A stretch of 64,000 bases of DNA from an uncultured delta proteobacterium (GTDB taxonomy: Bacteria > Desulfobacterota > Binatia > UBA9968), in assembly GCA_963804165.1 (NCBI GenBank), contig CAWDPO010000003.1, positions 64,001-128,000 on the forward strand. The letters are read 5' to 3'. Numbering within the stretch: the first letter of the stretch is position 1; each line of letters begins with the position of its first letter. Below, piece by piece: positions 60,152 to 64,000 of the stretch. Made by a program: the position numbers and the translations under genes. The notes under the pieces are model-generated. The model was not told the origin of the DNA and ran no database searches. It saw nothing but the letters and a program-made list of their open reading frames with translations.

Positions 60152-62149
60152 ATGCTAACTACGACCGAAAAAATTCTATTCGTCTTACTCGCACTTGGAT
60201 CGATTTATTATGGCGGCCAGAAATTCTATGCCGTGTATCGCGCGATCGGCCGCGGCAAGGCCGACGCGCGCTTCGACCATCTCGTTGAGCGAATCCAGCG
60301 CGCGCTTTGGATCGTTCTGACACAACAATCGGTCTTTAAAAAGCGGCCAATCGTTTCGTTGCTGCACGCGTTTGTTTTTTACGGTTTCGTTTTTTATTTT
60401 CTGGTTAATTTAGTCGACCTGCTCGAAGGGTTCTTTGGTATCCACGCGCGCGGCGGAGGGTGGAATCTGTTCAATCTCGCCGCGGATGTTTTTACCGCCA
60501 GCGTTTTGACCGGGATTATTGGCCTGTTGATGCGCCGTTTGTTCGTGCAGCCCAAGGACTTTGAATTCCCGGCCAATGTTCCGGTGCAGCCAGAAGTTCG
60601 TGCGGGAATTTTTCGCGATTCGACACTGGTTGCGGGCTTCATCATTTTTCACGTCGGTTGCCGCCTATTGTTCAAAGCAACGCAACTGGCCCTTGAAGGG
60701 GCGGATGCCTACCAGCCGGTGAGTTCGACGTTGGGCGCTGCCTTTGTCGGGCTCGGGCCCGGCGGGCAGGAATTGTTAAATCATTGTTTTTGGTGGGGCG
60801 CGTTGGGATCGATTCTATTATTCATTCCTTATTTTCCGCGGTCCAAACACATCCACATATTTCTCGCGCCGGTTAAGCTGGCGTTGAAAAAGGAGAAACC
60901 TGGCGTTCTCCAGCCGATGGACTTCGAAAAGGAAGAAGTTTTCGGCGCGGTAAAGCTCGAAGACTTCACCTGGCCGAGGCTTTTGGATTCTTACAGCTGT
61001 ATTATGTGCAATCGCTGTCAGGATGTTTGCCCGGCGACCAATACCGGCAAAGCCCTCAGCCCGGCGGCGATTTTGATCAACGAGCGTTACGAGCTCAACA
61101 AAATTCTTTCCGAATTTTCGGCCGGCCGGGAGAGCCCGCGGCCTCTGCTGGATTTCGCGTTAAGCGAGGAAGCGGCGTGGGCGTGCACGACCTGCAATGC
61201 TTGCATCGAAGTCTGCCCGGTCGGCAACGAGCAAATGCTCCACATTATCGATGTGCGCCGCGAGCGCGTGCTCACTGCGGCGGAGTTTCCCAAAGGATTG
61301 CAGAACACCTTCAACCATATGGAGCGGGCCGGCAACCCTTGGGGCATGCCGGCCGGTGAGCGGCTTGATTGGGCCAAAGATCTGCCGTTTCCGGTGCCGA
61401 CGTTGGAACAGAAAGCGGATCCGGAAATTCTTTATTGGGTCGGTTGCGCGGTGGCCTTCGATCCGCGCGCACAAAAAATCGCCCGCAGCCTGGCGACGAT
61501 CTTAAATGCCGCTGGCGTGGATTGGGCCGTGCTGGGTAAGGAGGAAAAATGCACCGGCGACACGGCGCGGCGCACGGGCAACGAATATCTCTTCGCCCAA
61601 ATGGCCGAAGAAAACGTCAACGCGCTGAATGAAATCAAGCCGAAAACGATAGTGACGACTTGCCCGCACTGCTTTCATACCATCGCTAACGAGTACCCTC
61701 AGTTCGGCGGCAAGTTCGTCGTGAAGCACCACACGGAGTTCATCGACGAATTGATCCGCGCCGGAAGACTCAAGCTGGAAAACGCCGGCGACGGCTCAGT
61801 GACCTACCATGATCCGTGCTATCTCGGGCGGCATAACGGGATCTTCGATCAGCCTCGGACGCTGATCCAGTCGACGGGAGCAAAACTCACCGAACCCGCC
61901 CGGAATCGAAGCAATAGCTTTTGTTGCGGCGCCGGTGGCGGCCAATTTTGGAAGGAAGAGGAAAAAGGAACCGAACGGGTCAGTACGAACCGCTACCGTG
62001 AGCTAAAGCAGACGGGCGCGAAAACCGTAGCTACCGGCTGTCCTTTCTGCATGCGTATGATCACCGAAGAAACCGCCAAGGAAGAGCCTGAAACCGCGAT
62101 GCAAGTTTTGGATGTCGCCGAGCTGGTCGCGGCGCGGCTGCAAAAGTAA
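60152..62149 (+). CDS. Membrane Fe-S oxidoreductase (FadF/HdrD/GlpC-like)
   Basis: TM N-terminus, CIMCNRCQDVCP, CTTCNACIEVCP, CCG domains (YHDPC, CCGAGGG, GCPFC). Confidence 0.92.
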   Translation: MLTTTEKILFVLLALGSIYYGGQKFYAVYRAIGRGKADARFDHLVERIQRALWIVLTQQSVFKKRPIVSLLHAFVFYGFVFYFLVNLVDLLEGFFGIHARGGGWNLFNLAADVFTASVLTGIIGLLMRRLFVQPKDFEFPANVPVQPEVRAGIFRDSTLVAGFIIFHVGCRLLFKATQLALEGADAYQPVSSTLGAAFVGLGPGGQELLNHCFWWGALGSILLFIPYFPRSKHIHIFLAPVKLALKKEKPGVLQPMDFEKEEVFGAVKLEDFTWPRLLDSYSCIMCNRCQDVCPATNTGKALSPAAILINERYELNKILSEFSAGRESPRPLLDFALSEEAAWACTTCNACIEVCPVGNEQMLHIIDVRRERVLTAAEFPKGLQNTFNHMERAGNPWGMPAGERLDWAKDLPFPVPTLEQKADPEILYWVGCAVAFDPRAQKIARSLATILNAAGVDWAVLGKEEKCTGDTARRTGNEYLFAQMAEENVNALNEIKPKTIVTTCPHCFHTIANEYPQFGGKFVVKHHTEFIDELIRAGRLKLENAGDGSVTYHDPCYLGRHNGIFDQPRTLIQSTGAKLTEPARNRSNSFCCGAGGGQFWKEEEKGTERVSTNRYRELKQTGAKTVATGCPFCMRMITEETAKEEPETAMQVLDVAELVAARLQK

Positions 62150-62150
62150 T

Positions 62151-62615
62151 ATGCGGCGACATTACGCGTACTTTTTTTTTGTCGGATTCGTGCTGCTTCG
62201 CAGCGCGACCGCCTGTAAAGCGGAACCTAAGGTGACGATTATGACCAAACTGGGCCGCGACGTAGCCTTTCAGGTTGAGGTCGCCGATTCGCCGACGAAG
62301 CGAGAATTGGGGCTGCAGTTCCGGCGGGATCTCGCGGCCGACCGCGGCATGATCTTTTTGTTTCCGGCAGAGTCGCAACAGAGTTTCTGGATGAAAAACA
62401 CGCCGATTTCCTTGGACATGATTTTCATCAGTCGCGATATGAAGATTGTTGGTATCGTTGAACAGACAGTGCCGTTTTCTCTTGATTCCCGTTCGGTCGG
62501 AACGCCGAGCCAGTATGTGCTGGAGATCAACGGCGGCCTGGCCAAACGTCACGGGATTCAGGTGGGCGATAGGGTTCGGTTCGACTCCCTTTCATCCCAA
62601 GGCGTGCGCGAATAA
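62151..62615 (+). CDS. DUF192 family protein
   Basis: VEVAD...GLQFR, GMIF, FWMKNT..LDMIF, YVLEINGG. Confidence 0.92.
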   Translation: MRRHYAYFFFVGFVLLRSATACKAEPKVTIMTKLGRDVAFQVEVADSPTKRELGLQFRRDLAADRGMIFLFPAESQQSFWMKNTPISLDMIFISRDMKIVGIVEQTVPFSLDSRSVGTPSQYVLEINGGLAKRHGIQVGDRVRFDSLSSQGVRE

Positions 62616-62650
62616 AAAAAGGGTCAAAAGCCGTAAGCTTTTGACCCTTT
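62614..62650. terminator. Intrinsic terminator between convergent genes
   Basis: AAAGGGTCAAAAGC-CGTAA-GCTTTTGACCCTTT stem with an adjacent A tract. Confidence 0.85.
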
Positions 62651-62671
62651 GGGATTTTACGTATCCGCTTG

Positions 62672-63739
62672 TTATATCTCGCTGAAAAAATAGGGCTTCA
62701 CGGGGGTGAGCTTCTCTTCGTAAGAATCCGGGTACATGAACCAAAGTGTCGCGGCGATGCTGCTCAGCAGCGAATTACCATCCTGCGGCGTGAAGCAGGT
62801 GCCGACGATTTCCTTGTCGCCACGCATCGCCAGGCTCTGCGTGACGATCACTGTTTGATTGAGAATCCTGCCGAACATGCCGTGATCGCGCCCGAACGAG
62901 AACACGGAAGCGGATGACTTTTTGTTGGTCAGAGCGACTCTCAAGTTGCCCTGCAGTCGGCGCATCAATTCATCTTTATTGATTCCCCTGCGTAGTTTCA
63001 GATTGAAGTGAATCGTGTGCATGTATTGCGTATTCAGCTTCAACGCGGAGGAGTAAATATCCAGATCCAGGCCCAGAGTTTTGAATAGATAATGGGCGTC
63101 GCGGCCCTGATGCGTGCCAAACTTAGGGTCGTCGTGTTTACCGGCTTCGGGAGCCGGGATGAAATCACCTTCCTGGCTTAGATCGTTGGCGCGGCGCATG
63201 CAGACAAAGCGGCTTTCCGCGAGGTTGTCTTCCTTTTCCGGGCCCAACGCGATGGTATCGATCAGTACTGCCAAGTTGTGGGTATTGCAGCTGACGACCT
63301 GAACGAACTGATCTTTGCCTCTCTCCAGCGCCCTATCATTGATGCCGCGCGCGTACTTTTTGCCGAAGCCGTCTTCACTGCCTTGTGCGATGAAACCGCG
63401 GCCATTTCCGGCGTACTTGTTATAGAGCTTTTCCTTGTTTTCGTTGCCCACCGGCGTGCAATCGATGATCACGCTGGCTCGCTCGATCGCTTCTTCAGCC
63501 TCGAGGCTGGGATGCATGCCCATTTCGACGAACTTTTGCCAACGATCTTTGTCAACGGCGAGCTTTGCGCCTTGATTGCAGGACACCATGACCTTGGATC
63601 GGTCGGTCAAAAGCGGAGTGCGCTTGTGAAAGGTCACCTCATCGATCCCAAATGGTTCCTTGAAGGTTGATAAAATACCGACCAGCGGTTCGCCGATGGT
63701 TCCGGTACCGACGATGTGAACGATTTTTTTCTGGGCCAT
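62672..63739 (-). CDS. Archaeal (type II)-like glyceraldehyde-3-phosphate dehydrogenase homolog
   Basis: GTGTIG, DCTP, VVSCNT catalytic Cys, RRAND, MHTI. Confidence 0.78.
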   Translation of the reverse strand: MAQKKIVHIVGTGTIGEPLVGILSTFKEPFGIDEVTFHKRTPLLTDRSKVMVSCNQGAKLAVDKDRWQKFVEMGMHPSLEAEEAIERASVIIDCTPVGNENKEKLYNKYAGNGRGFIAQGSEDGFGKKYARGINDRALERGKDQFVQVVSCNTHNLAVLIDTIALGPEKEDNLAESRFVCMRRANDLSQEGDFIPAPEAGKHDDPKFGTHQGRDAHYLFKTLGLDLDIYSSALKLNTQYMHTIHFNLKLRRGINKDELMRRLQGNLRVALTNKKSSASVFSFGRDHGMFGRILNQTVIVTQSLAMRGDKEIVGTCFTPQDGNSLLSSIAATLWFMYPDSYEEKLTPVKPYFFSEI

Positions 63740-63902
63740 GGTCTTCCGCCTCGTACTTTTGATAGGCGGATATTAGCCCAATAGCCGCGGACGATCAATA
63801 GAATTTTGTCATCCTGTTTGGTGGCTAGAGAGCGATTAGTTAAAGTATAGAGAGCTTAATCATGAGTCACATATGTGTTAGAACTTCCGTGGAGGAATTG
63901 AC

Positions 63903-64000
63903 ATGGCCACTGCAAATCTACCGGCGGCGTTTTTCGGCGACAATTTTGGCGTTAAGAGCAATGATCTGGAAAAAGTTCTCGATACCGCTTTAGCCAAGAA
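63903..64000 (+). CDS. TldD-like metalloprotease, N-terminus (partial)
   Basis: GGAGG RBS; FFGDNFGV..DLEKVLDTAL; only 32 codons visible. Confidence 0.5.
   Translation, partial: MATANLPAAFFGDNFGVKSNDLEKVLDTALAK

Overview
A 64 kb GC-rich bacterial window. The many NMT1/THI5-, Bug- and iron/thiamine-type solute-binding proteins, amidohydrolases, UbiD and AMDase/maleate-isomerase-fold genes suggest a soil deltaproteobacterium such as Ca. Binatia (inference). 1-8.7 kb is a decayed accessory region: IS481 remnant, broken ligD, a chimeric gene and a kinase/methyltransferase pair. 8.8-18.2 kb is a catabolic/uptake cluster in which four units carry the same ~60-bp promoter/operator cassette, with an intact IS1182 sitting inside a MITE. 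The most novel-looking system is at 24.8-28.0 kb: GlcG/HbpS protein, cytoplasmic RdhA/QueG-superfamily B12/Fe-S enzyme, a translationally coupled Fe-S-less paralog, and a ferredoxin-GlcG fusion. Most genes at 35.7-37.4 and 40.2-47.5 kb are frameshifted, probably from sequencing error. The right end is housekeeping: trpE-trpG under an unannotated WWRW leader-peptide attenuator, followed by a free-standing archaeal-type ThrRS editing domain, plus IclR, a FadF/HdrD-like oxidoreductase, DUF192, a type II-like GAPDH and the start of tldD. No rRNA, tRNA or CRISPR array was seen. All family calls come from motif recognition by eye, not database searches.
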